Positions 48,282-56,230 of a DNA stretch of 64,000 nt are shown piece after piece. The notes below the pieces were generated by a model that was not told the origin of the DNA, ran no database searches, and saw only the letters and a list, made by a program, of their open reading frames with translations. This stretch comes from a bacterium (lineage in GTDB: Bacteria > Bacteroidota > Bacteroidia > Bacteroidales > UBA1402), in contig CAVEPA010000002.1 of NCBI GenBank assembly GCA_963617485.1, positions 111,163 to 175,162 on the forward strand, read 5' to 3'. The position numbers were made by a program, and so were the translations under genes. Each line of letters opens with the position of its first letter. Position 1 is the first letter of the stretch.

Positions 48282-50522
48282 ATGTCGACGATAGCGGAAG
48301 TGATATTGCCTGTCCCTTTTTGTGACACTTTGAGTTACGCTGTTCCCGACAGCCTGAAGGGAAACGTGCTGCCCGGCTGTCGCATAACGGTGCCGCTTAA
48401 AGGAAAGACCGCCATGACGGGTATTGTGTTGAGAATCAAGGAGGAAAAGGTTGATTACCCCCTCAAGGACATAACAGCGCTGCTCGATGTATGCCCGGTG
48501 ATGAGCCCAATACAGCTCGATTTTTGGAAATGGCTGGCCTCGTACTATGCTTGTAAGCTAGGAGAGGTGATGGCGGCCGCGCTGCCCACCGGCTTGAAGT
48601 CGGAAGAAGGGTATAAACCCAAAACGGAAATTTGTCTGTCGCTGACTCCCGTTTATCGTCAAGAAGAGAATCTGGATGCACTGATGCAAGCGCTCAAGAC
48701 CAAAGCCAAGAAACAATGGCAGTTGTTGCAGCTGTTTTTATCGATGAAATCGGATGATTTCTCTCTGTCCAGGACCCGATTGTTGCAACATGCCGGCACT
48801 TCTCCGGCGGCTTTGAAGTCTTTGATAGACAAAGGTGTGCTTGAACAGCACCAACAGGAAGTGTCGCGTCTTAGATTCTGGCAAAGTGAGGAGGAACAGA
48901 CTATCCGTTTTTCGCCTGCGCAAGAACGGGCTTATCATCAGATACGCACTGCTTGGGAAAAACAGGACATCTGTCTGTTGCATGGTGTTACTTCGAGCGG
49001 TAAGACCGAAATCTATACCCAACTGATAAAGGAAACCTTGGCGCAGGGCAAACAAGCACTCTATCTTTTGCCCGAAATCGCTCTGACGGCCCAAATGACG
49101 CGCCGCTTGAGAAAAAGGTTCGGTGAAATCATGCTGGTTTACCACTCGAAATGCTCTATGAACGAACGGGTGGAAATCTGGCGGCGTGTGCTGGCCGGCG
49201 AGGGTCCTCTCTTGGTGGTTGGCGTGCGTTCATCGGTGTTTTTGCCCTTCCAGCGTTTGGGTCTAATCGTTATTGACGAAGAACACGAGCCTTCGTACAA
49301 ACAAAGCGAGCCTGCCCCGCGCTACCATGCGCGCAATGCAGCCCTGATGTTGGCCAAGATGCATCATGCCAAGGCTTTGCTCGGTTCGGCAACGCCCTCG
49401 CTGGAGTCGTATACCAAGGCACGGGAAGGACGCTATGCCTTGGTGAAACTCGAGGAGCGTTACCGCGATATGCAAATGCCCGAAATTTTGTTGGCAAATA
49501 TTTCAGAAGCCCGCCGCAAGAAAGAGATGCAAGCCATGTTCACGCCTTTGCTTATCGAAAAAATGAAGGCGGCACTCGAGCAAGGCGAGCAGGTGATACT
49601 CTTCCACAACCGACGCGGCTATGCCACGGTGATGAGTTGTCGGGCATGCGACTGGACCCCGCGATGCCGACGTTGTGATGTGGCGCTCACTTACCATAAG
49701 CAAAGCAACAGTCTGCGTTGTCACTATTGCGGCCGACAATATGCCATTCCATCGAGATGTCCGGCTTGCGGCAAGCCCATGCTGGCCAGTTTCGGCTATG
49801 GTACCGAACAGATACAGGAAGCGGTGCAACAGCTCTTCCCTCAAGCCCGGGTGGCCCGTATGGACACCGATGTGACGACAGGGCGCGGCGTGGTGGAGCA
49901 GACCATAAAAGACTTTGAGCAACAACATATTGATGTGCTTATCGGTACGCAGATGATAGGCAAGGGTCTCGACTTCGACCATGTGAGTGTGGTAGGCGTG
50001 CTCAATGCCGATATGATGCTCAATCAGAACGATTTCAGAGCGCATGAACGCGCTTTTCAGCTATTGGTGCAGGTGAGCGGCCGCGCCGGCCGCAAGGGCC
50101 GGCGCGGTACGGTCGTCATCCAAACCAACGACCCTTCCCAGCCGCTCATTCAGCGCGTTCTGCACTACGACTACGCCAGCTTCTATGTGGATGCCATGAA
50201 GGAACGCTACGATTTTCATTACCCGCCCTATTACTACATCATCGATGTGTGGTTCAAGCATCCCCAGCAAAGCAAGGTGCAGACGGCGGCGCAGTATTTT
50301 GCCAATATCTTGGAACCCTTGTTCCCGGGTATGGTTTACGGACCTTTCGACCCGGCCGTGGCCAAAGTGCGTGAAGTGTTTATCCAGAAACTCAGTCTCA
50401 AAATAGCCCCCACCCAGTCTCTTTTGAAAATAAAAGACTACCTTTGCGGCCTGCAAGCGCATCTGCAGAAAGATCCGCTTACCAGACAAGTGCAAATCTA
50501 TTTTGACGTCGATCCTTTATAA
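48282..50522 (+). CDS. priA: Primosomal protein N' (replication restart helicase)
   Basis: Contains Walker A GVTSSGKTE, DEEH, and the Cys-rich zinc region CRACDWTPRCRRCDVALTYH...CHYCG...CPACG. The track start at 48258 is TTG; the ATG at 48282 follows the upstream stop by 2 nt. Confidence 0.92.
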   Translation: MSTIAEVILPVPFCDTLSYAVPDSLKGNVLPGCRITVPLKGKTAMTGIVLRIKEEKVDYPLKDITALLDVCPVMSPIQLDFWKWLASYYACKLGEVMAAALPTGLKSEEGYKPKTEICLSLTPVYRQEENLDALMQALKTKAKKQWQLLQLFLSMKSDDFSLSRTRLLQHAGTSPAALKSLIDKGVLEQHQQEVSRLRFWQSEEEQTIRFSPAQERAYHQIRTAWEKQDICLLHGVTSSGKTEIYTQLIKETLAQGKQALYLLPEIALTAQMTRRLRKRFGEIMLVYHSKCSMNERVEIWRRVLAGEGPLLVVGVRSSVFLPFQRLGLIVIDEEHEPSYKQSEPAPRYHARNAALMLAKMHHAKALLGSATPSLESYTKAREGRYALVKLEERYRDMQMPEILLANISEARRKKEMQAMFTPLLIEKMKAALEQGEQVILFHNRRGYATVMSCRACDWTPRCRRCDVALTYHKQSNSLRCHYCGRQYAIPSRCPACGKPMLASFGYGTEQIQEAVQQLFPQARVARMDTDVTTGRGVVEQTIKDFEQQHIDVLIGTQMIGKGLDFDHVSVVGVLNADMMLNQNDFRAHERAFQLLVQVSGRAGRKGRRGTVVIQTNDPSQPLIQRVLHYDYASFYVDAMKERYDFHYPPYYYIIDVWFKHPQQSKVQTAAQYFANILEPLFPGMVYGPFDPAVAKVREVFIQKLSLKIAPTQSLLKIKDYLCGLQAHLQKDPLTRQVQIYFDVDPL

Positions 50523-51616
50523 TGAAGATGCAGCGTTTCATCATCCCATTTCTGCTTTTAGCCCTTGTGGCTATGGCTAAGCCCGTCTGTGCCCAAACTC
50601 GGGACAACGGACCGCAGTGGGTATACAAGCTTGAGGCGCTCAATTATTTCGACAACCGCGAGTATAAAGCCGATATCCAGCACTCGCAAACCATTTTCGC
50701 CACCCGCCTGTCACCCGAGGTAGGCTTGGCTGTCAATGATGAGCTACGAGGCTTGCAACATCGCCTGATGTTGGGTTTGCATTTTACCAAGGAAATGGGC
50801 AAAACCATCGATGAAAAGAGCTTTATCCCCACCGTTTACTACCACCTGCATCATCAGCCTTCGGGTTTTAGCATGAGCTTGGGTTCGTTGCCGTATACTC
50901 TTCTCAGCGAGGACCTTCCCGCCTATATTTTATACGATTCCATCGCGTATGCCAGACCGAATATACAGGGCGCGTTGTTGCAATACCGCAGCAACCGTGC
51001 TTTTGCCGATTTTATCTGCGATTGGCGTTCCATGCAGACCCTGGAGCAGCGCGAGGCCTTTCGGCTGATTCTCAACGGTCAATATCGTTGGAATATCTTG
51101 GCAGCAGGGGCCTTGATGCAGATGAACCATCTGGCCAGCTATAAATTTCAAAAGAACGGCGTTTGCGATGATATGTTGCTGCAACCCTACCTTAGTTTGA
51201 ATCTGCCTTTGCTGGACAGCCTTCAGCTCAAGGCCGGTTACCTGCTTTCTTACCAGTGCGACCGGACATCGCCCATGACCCCCAGTTGGACGCAAGCCTT
51301 GGTGTTGGATGTGTGTGCCCGCTGGAAACATCTGGGCATCAAAAACAGCCTTTATGTAGGAAGCAATTTGCAATCCTTGTACGATGCTTATGGCAGCCTG
51401 CTTTATCAAGGAGATTCCTTCTATCGCTCTTCCCTGTACAACCGTTGCGACTTGTATGTTTATCTGTTCCGCAACAATTTTGTCAATTGCCTTTTTTCCT
51501 GGAATCTACATTATACTAAAGAATATGGTCTGGATTATCAACAACAGCTCATCTGCCGCTTTTCGACCGACGGCTTGAGACAGAACCGGGCCATTCGTAA
51601 CCTTTTTGGAAAATGA
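50522..51616 (+). CDS. Secreted protein of unknown function (possible beta-barrel)
   Basis: 364 aa with signal peptide MKMQRFIIPFLLLALVAMAKPVCAQ, and rich in Y/L/N/Q. The ATG overlaps the priA stop (TAATG) and its stop overlaps the next ATG (ATGA). Confidence 0.5.
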   Translation: MKMQRFIIPFLLLALVAMAKPVCAQTRDNGPQWVYKLEALNYFDNREYKADIQHSQTIFATRLSPEVGLAVNDELRGLQHRLMLGLHFTKEMGKTIDEKSFIPTVYYHLHHQPSGFSMSLGSLPYTLLSEDLPAYILYDSIAYARPNIQGALLQYRSNRAFADFICDWRSMQTLEQREAFRLILNGQYRWNILAAGALMQMNHLASYKFQKNGVCDDMLLQPYLSLNLPLLDSLQLKAGYLLSYQCDRTSPMTPSWTQALVLDVCARWKHLGIKNSLYVGSNLQSLYDAYGSLLYQGDSFYRSSLYNRCDLYVYLFRNNFVNCLFSWNLHYTKEYGLDYQQQLICRFSTDGLRQNRAIRNLFGK

Positions 51617-52563
51617 TACAGTATTTGCTTATTGTAGTCGGCTTTGTCTTGCTGACATTCGGTGCCGACTTTTTGGTTGACGGTTCGAGCAGTGTGGCAA
51701 AACGTCTGAAAATATCCGATTTGCTTATCGGTCTTACCGTGGTGGCTTTCGGAACTTCGGCACCCGAACTGGTAGTGAACATCGTGGCCTCGGTGGAAGG
51801 TAACAACGAATTGGCCATGACCAATATCCTGGGAAGCAACACTATCAATGTCTTTATCATTCTGGGCTTGTCGGCAGCCATTTATCCCATCTATTGCCAA
51901 CGCAGCCTGCGGCATTTCGAGATACCTCTGGCCACTTTGGGCGGTCTGCTGGTGTTACTGTTGGGCACCGACTTCTTTGTAACTTCCGCACCGAGAGAGC
52001 TCTCGCGTTGGGATGCCGCCGTCATGCTGATGTTTTTCGCTTTCTTTATGTATCAGACCATTAAGACCGGCATTAAGGCGGGTGACGATGAAGCCGAAGA
52101 AGTGAAAGTGAAATCTTGGGGATTGTCTGTGCTGATGATAGTGGGCGGTTTGGTCATGCTGGTGGTAGGCGGCGATATCATCGTGAAATCGGCCACGGCC
52201 ATCGCCCGCAGCTGGGGCGTAAGCGATGCTATTATCGGTGTAACGGTGGTGGCTTTGGGAACATCCCTGCCCGAACTGGCCACCTCGGTGATGGCCGTTA
52301 TCAAGAAGAACGGCGACATGGCCATCGGCAACATCATCGGCAGCAATATCTTCAATATCTTCTTTATCCTGTCGGTGAGCGCCATGATACATCCGCTGCA
52401 GTACTATCCCAACATGATATTGGATGCTGTCATGGCATTTTTGGGATGCTTCCTGGTGATGCTCTTCGTAGCAAAAGGAAAACATCGCATAGGACATTGG
52501 CAAGGTGTGTTCATGCTCGTTGTCTATGCGATGTATCTTTACCTGCTTATCCGCAGTCTCTGA
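51613..52563 (+). CDS. CaCA-family cation/Ca2+ antiporter (YrbG-like), paralogue 1
   Basis: 316 aa. Both alpha-repeats are present: GTSAPELVV...GSNTINV and GTSLPELATS...GSNIFNI. Confidence 0.9.
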   Translation: MIQYLLIVVGFVLLTFGADFLVDGSSSVAKRLKISDLLIGLTVVAFGTSAPELVVNIVASVEGNNELAMTNILGSNTINVFIILGLSAAIYPIYCQRSLRHFEIPLATLGGLLVLLLGTDFFVTSAPRELSRWDAAVMLMFFAFFMYQTIKTGIKAGDDEAEEVKVKSWGLSVLMIVGGLVMLVVGGDIIVKSATAIARSWGVSDAIIGVTVVALGTSLPELATSVMAVIKKNGDMAIGNIIGSNIFNIFFILSVSAMIHPLQYYPNMILDAVMAFLGCFLVMLFVAKGKHRIGHWQGVFMLVVYAMYLYLLIRSL

Positions 52564-52577
52564 CGGCAGTCCATCCT

Positions 52578-53966
52578 TTACTTTTGGATAAGCGCCTCTA
52601 CCTCTTCGATGGTCTTGGGCTTGGTCTTGTGTCCGAGACACTTGGGACCTTGCGCGGTAATGGCGTAGTTCTCTTCGTTGCGGATACCGCCAAAGTCGCG
52701 CCATTTTTCAACTTCGCTCCAAACGATGAAATCGTCGTGGATATGACGTTCGCGCCATAGGTCGATAAGTTCGGGAATGAAATAGATGCCCGGTTCCACT
52801 GTAAATACATGACCCGGTTTTAAGGCCTTGGCAAAGCGTAGCGATTTAAGACCGAACTGCGTACTCTTGGGTTGCCCGTCGTAACCGACATATACCTCTC
52901 CCAAGTTTTCCATGTCGTGCACATCCAAACCCATTTGATGACCCAGTCCGTGAGGCAAGAACAGCGCGTGTACACCTTGAGCCAGAATGTCATCCACTGA
53001 ACCTTTGAGCAGACCGAGCGCTTTCATGTTTTCGGCCAACTTGCGGCAGACAGCGAAATGAACCTCTTTATAAGTGATGCCTTCGCGCAGGTTTTCGATG
53101 GCGGTCATATGCGATTCCAACGACATTTCATAAATGATGCGTTGTCTTGTGCTGAATGGCTGTCCGACGGGGAAGGTACTCGACAGGTCGCCGCAATAAT
53201 GGCTTTCGATTTCTGCACCGGCATCCAAAAGGAAAAGGTCACCTTTCTTCAGCACATTGCCATGGTAGTGGTTGTGCAGCGTCTGGCCGTTGCGGGTTGC
53301 GATGACTGGGAACGAGATGTAGCCGTTGGCAGCCAGCGCAATCTCTTCCACGCGAGCCGATACCTGAGCTTCCAAGATGCCCGGACGTGCCGTCTGCATA
53401 GCGGCAACGTGCATATCCACCGAGATGTCCACTGCCTTTTCAATTTCGGCCAGTTCTTCGTCGCTCTTGATTTCGCGTTGGGCTACAATGGCCTTGATAA
53501 GGTTGACGGATTCTTTTTCGGCCAATTGGGCGACGGGGCAACCCAGCAGTTCGGACATCCGTATTTTGACGGCGTGATGATAGGGGAGGGTGAAGTGAAT
53601 CTGACGCTTCTGCGCCAAGGCTTTGGTGATGTAGGAAGCCAGCTCTTTCGAGGCGGCCACTTCTTCTACACCTACGCCAGCAGCGCGTTCGGCAAGTTTG
53701 GGCTGCGGACCCATCCATACGATGTCGTCTATGCTGTAATCGTCGCCGAAAAGCAGGCAGCGGTTGGCCTCAATGTCCATCAAGGCGGCCAGGCCGGGAA
53801 AGTCTATGCCGAAGAAATACAGAAAATTACTGTCCTGACGGAAGGGAAAACAGTTGTCGGGATAGTTCATGGGGCTGTCTTCGTTGCCCAGGAAAAGAAC
53901 CAGGCCTGAGCCTAGCTGCTGCGCCAGACGTTGGCGTCTTTGGCGATAAGTGTCGGCGGTAAACAT
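52578..53966 (-). CDS. M24B Xaa-Pro aminopeptidase
   Basis: 462 aa with an N-terminal AMP_N-like domain. Contains HGLGHQMGLDVHD and VFTVEPGIY metal-ligand blocks. Confidence 0.88.
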   Translation of the reverse strand: MFTADTYRQRRQRLAQQLGSGLVLFLGNEDSPMNYPDNCFPFRQDSNFLYFFGIDFPGLAALMDIEANRCLLFGDDYSIDDIVWMGPQPKLAERAAGVGVEEVAASKELASYITKALAQKRQIHFTLPYHHAVKIRMSELLGCPVAQLAEKESVNLIKAIVAQREIKSDEELAEIEKAVDISVDMHVAAMQTARPGILEAQVSARVEEIALAANGYISFPVIATRNGQTLHNHYHGNVLKKGDLFLLDAGAEIESHYCGDLSSTFPVGQPFSTRQRIIYEMSLESHMTAIENLREGITYKEVHFAVCRKLAENMKALGLLKGSVDDILAQGVHALFLPHGLGHQMGLDVHDMENLGEVYVGYDGQPKSTQFGLKSLRFAKALKPGHVFTVEPGIYFIPELIDLWRERHIHDDFIVWSEVEKWRDFGGIRNEENYAITAQGPKCLGHKTKPKTIEEVEALIQK

Positions 53967-54001
53967 AAGTCTTGAGAGGTAATAAGTTGTATAAAACTTG
54001 A

Positions 54002-54009
54002 CAAATATA
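54002..54009 (-). promoter_or_regulatory. -7 promoter element (TATATTTG) for the aminopeptidase gene
   Basis: Plus-strand caaatata, 36 nt upstream of the ATG at 53966. Confidence 0.5.
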
Positions 54010-54012
54010 CTT

Positions 54013-54020
54013 TATTTTTG
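54013..54020 (+). promoter_or_regulatory. -7 promoter element (TATTTTTG) for the HD-domain gene
   Basis: tatttttg lies 33 nt upstream of the ATG at 54053. Confidence 0.5.
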
Positions 54021-54052
54021 TGTTTGCGATTTTGTTCGAGCAAAAAAAGATA

Positions 54053-54694
54053 ATGATGAAAAGCGATATCGTCCAATATATCGAGCAAGAAATCTTGCCC
54101 CAGTACGAGAACTTCGATATGGCGCACCGTGGCGGACACGTGCGTGCAGTGATACAGCGGGCGCTGGAACTCGTTCCCTATTATCCGGTGGATGAAAACA
54201 TGGTGTATGTGGCGGCGGCCTATCACGACCTGGGTCTGGCGTATGGCCGGGAGCTACACCACCTCTATTCTGGCCGCCGCCTGCGCGGGGACACCCGTCT
54301 GGCGCGGTGGTTTACCACCGGCCAGATCGAGGTGATGGCGCAGGCGGCGGAAGACCATCGTGCCAGCGCACAAACCGAGCCGCGCAACATTTATGGCAAG
54401 ATAGTGGCCGAGGCCGACCGCCTTATCGATGCCGATATGGTGATACGGCGCACGCTTCAGTACGGCTTGGACCATTGTCCTCAATTCACCGAGGACGGAC
54501 ACTGCGAGCGGGCCTTGCACCATTTGCGCGAAAAGTACGGCCGCGGCGGCTATCTGAAGGTATTCTTGCCCGAATCGCCCAATGCGGCGGCTCTGGAAAA
54601 TCTTCAAGCACTTATTGCCGACGAAGCGAAAATTCGCCCGCTGCTGCACGAAATCTTCCGCTCTCTAACGCAAAATGGAGGCGCAGTCTCTTAA
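54053..54694 (+). CDS. HD-domain phosphohydrolase
   Basis: Contains HRGGHVRAV...AAAYHDLG (H...HD) and EADRL. It is 213 aa from ATG 54053. Confidence 0.8.
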   Translation: MMKSDIVQYIEQEILPQYENFDMAHRGGHVRAVIQRALELVPYYPVDENMVYVAAAYHDLGLAYGRELHHLYSGRRLRGDTRLARWFTTGQIEVMAQAAEDHRASAQTEPRNIYGKIVAEADRLIDADMVIRRTLQYGLDHCPQFTEDGHCERALHHLREKYGRGGYLKVFLPESPNAAALENLQALIADEAKIRPLLHEIFRSLTQNGGAVS

Positions 54695-55083
54695 ATCACT
54701 TTTTCTACCATCAATTCCCATGTTACACAATGTAATGCTCCACCTCTTTTTACAAGTGGCATTGCATATATCGGCATAATTTCCTTATTCGGAAACAATC
54801 TTGTCATCAAGTGGATTGCCTCTATATCATTGGGATAGTCATTCAAATAGCACCATGAGTCTGGCTCCAACTGACAATCATAGTTCAATTCCACAACATC
54901 AAAATGAGCATCAAGTATTTTCCGCAACCTTCTGTAAAACGCCTTCACTTGACATCTTGCATGTAATTCTAGGGAAGGCTACACATACAAAATCTTCTTG
55001 GCTAGTTCTGTAAACTCATTGGTAATTGATTCTTCAGAGGATGTGCCGCCATGGAAAGTCTTAAGCAAATCGTTAAGTGTCAT
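54691..55083 (-). pseudogene. Small gene interrupted by one in-frame TAG (54979-54981). The C-terminal part carries a GG-x-x-HC-x-T motif reminiscent of guanidino-modifying enzymes.
   Basis: Hand translation from ATG 55083 gives MTLNDLLKTFHGGTSSEESITNEFTELAKKILYV-TAG-PSLELHARCQ. It then continues in the same frame into the track ORF (VKAFYRRLRK...LFPNKEIMPIYAMPLVKRGGALHCVTWELMVEKVI). It has its own -7 promoter. Its stop overlaps the HD gene stop (TTAA). Confidence 0.4.
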
Positions 55084-55107
55084 GATGAAGTCTTTTGTTT
55101 CTTGAAG

Positions 55108-55115
55108 CAAAGGTA
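55108..55115 (-). promoter_or_regulatory. -7 promoter element (TACCTTTG) for the interrupted gene
   Basis: Plus-strand caaaggta, 25 nt upstream of the ATG at 55083. Confidence 0.5.
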
Positions 55116-55161
55116 ACCCTTTTTCCAAGATTGACAACCGGTAGGTCGGGCGTTCCAAGGT

Positions 55162-55180
55162 TTTGTAAGATGGTTACAAA
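55162..55180. promoter_or_regulatory. Palindrome TTTGTAA-N5-TTACAAA between the divergent islet promoters (candidate operator)
   Basis: A perfect 7-bp inverted repeat with a 5-nt spacer, roughly centred between the -7 elements at 55108 and 55226. Confidence 0.3.
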
Positions 55181-55225
55181 GACGTTTTATTTGTGTGAAG
55201 GTCTTGTTTTTCCAAGAAAGCGTTG

Positions 55226-55233
55226 TACATTTG
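55226..55233 (+). promoter_or_regulatory. -7 promoter element (TACATTTG) for the islet operon
   Basis: tacatttg lies 29 nt upstream of the ATG at 55262. A partial -33 (cTTG) lies 19 nt upstream. Confidence 0.5.
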
Positions 55234-55261
55234 TACGATTTCGAAAAAATGTTAGAGAGTG

Positions 55262-55666
55262 ATGAAACTGGTAATCAGTATATTGTTCGGTCTGCTGCTC
55301 GAGTGGTTTTCTCCAGCCTCGGGTGTCCCTTCCGCTGCTTCGGCAGAGAAAGACGCTCGATGTGCTTCTGGCAAACTGTCCGAGTGGTTGAATATCGACT
55401 TTGGAGATGCCACCCTGCAACCCACGGCCCAAAACACCTATTCGGTGACGGTGAAACAGTGGCAGCAGATTCTCAACTTTAGGATTCGTGCCGAAAAACG
55501 TAGCTATTATCGTCTTTTCAGAAGCGACAATACTCATCTTAACTTGCATCAGAAGTACCATGAAATCAATCATCTACTCGATTCTGTAGATTTTAGTGTA
55601 TTGCTTTCATCGTTTCGCCACGAGCCGAACGCTCTGCAAACTTTTTATTGTGTTTATCGGATTTGA
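55262..55666 (+). CDS. Small secreted protein of unknown function
   Basis: 134 aa from ATG 55262 (the track start at 55259 is GTG). The N-terminus MKLVISILFGLLLEWFSPASG is signal-peptide-like. I recognise no family. Confidence 0.45.
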   Translation: MKLVISILFGLLLEWFSPASGVPSAASAEKDARCASGKLSEWLNIDFGDATLQPTAQNTYSVTVKQWQQILNFRIRAEKRSYYRLFRSDNTHLNLHQKYHEINHLLDSVDFSVLLSSFRHEPNALQTFYCVYRI

Positions 55667-55708
55667 TATTGATGGAGAATTATTCATAACGGATACCAAC
55701 TTGTAGAC

Positions 55709-56149
55709 ATGGAAACAACCTTTATAAAAGCCAGAAATTTTTCCGATTACGCCTTCTCTGTATCAGTGTTCTTATTCGGCCTTACGCTGGTTCTAGTTCC
55801 TACCAGTTTTGGCATGAATGTTGTCGGAGGTGTGATTATCGTCACCGGTATGATTATGTTCTTTGCGCTCAGAAGCGTTTGGAAAGATGTGAGAACCGGC
55901 GATTTATATCGAGGCAGGGTATTGTATTTCAATAATTCCAAGAAGCAAGCCGTTATGGAAGCGCTAGCCGACGAGCTCTCCAAACTCTCCGAAATTCCTC
56001 AGGAAAACAAAGCGTACAATAGCCTGCGTCTGTACATGTATTATAATAAGCGCAAAGGTAAGTGCTATTGCGAGCTATACGAATATGTTCCATGCGAGTA
56101 TGTTCCTCTGACTGAACTTCTTCTCTTCAAAATAGGGGGGGGGATTTAG
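55709..56149 (+). CDS. 2-TM membrane protein of unknown function, tandem paralogue 1
   Basis: 146 aa. Predicted TMs lie at about residues 14-31 and 36-54, followed by a ~90-aa soluble domain ending in YCELYEYVPCEYVPLTELLLFKIGGGI. A G9 tract encodes GGG two codons before the stop. Confidence 0.55.
   Translation: METTFIKARNFSDYAFSVSVFLFGLTLVLVPTSFGMNVVGGVIIVTGMIMFFALRSVWKDVRTGDLYRGRVLYFNNSKKQAVMEALADELSKLSEIPQENKAYNSLRLYMYYNKRKGKCYCELYEYVPCEYVPLTELLLFKIGGGI
56135..56143 (+). repeat. G9 homopolymer near the 3' end of paralogue 1
   Basis: Counted directly: 9 consecutive G at 56135-56143. Confidence 0.95.
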
Positions 56150-56230
56150 AAGGACTTCTCTGAATTGTCGGAGATTTGGTGAATCGTCTTAGAAAAACTT
56201 TTCACCAATCAACTACAATTAAGAATCATT

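Noticed and set aside
54979-54981. The in-frame TAG might be a recoded sense codon, as in TAG-reassigned phages of Bacteroidales.
   Set aside because: Other genes in the window use TAG as an ordinary stop, for example the TPR gene and paralogue 1 of the 2-TM pair. No phage genes are nearby. A single occurrence cannot support recoding, so a pseudogene or a sequencing error is more parsimonious.
55187-55573. Alternative ORFs overlapping the secreted-protein gene (55187-55573 minus, 128 aa; 55195-55482 plus, 95 aa; 55252-55437 minus).
   Set aside because: None has a promoter motif in the right place, and the 55195 frame begins upstream of the predicted TSS. The 55262 frame has a signal-peptide-like N-terminus, the correct spacing from TACATTTG, and runs straight into the downstream paralogue genes.
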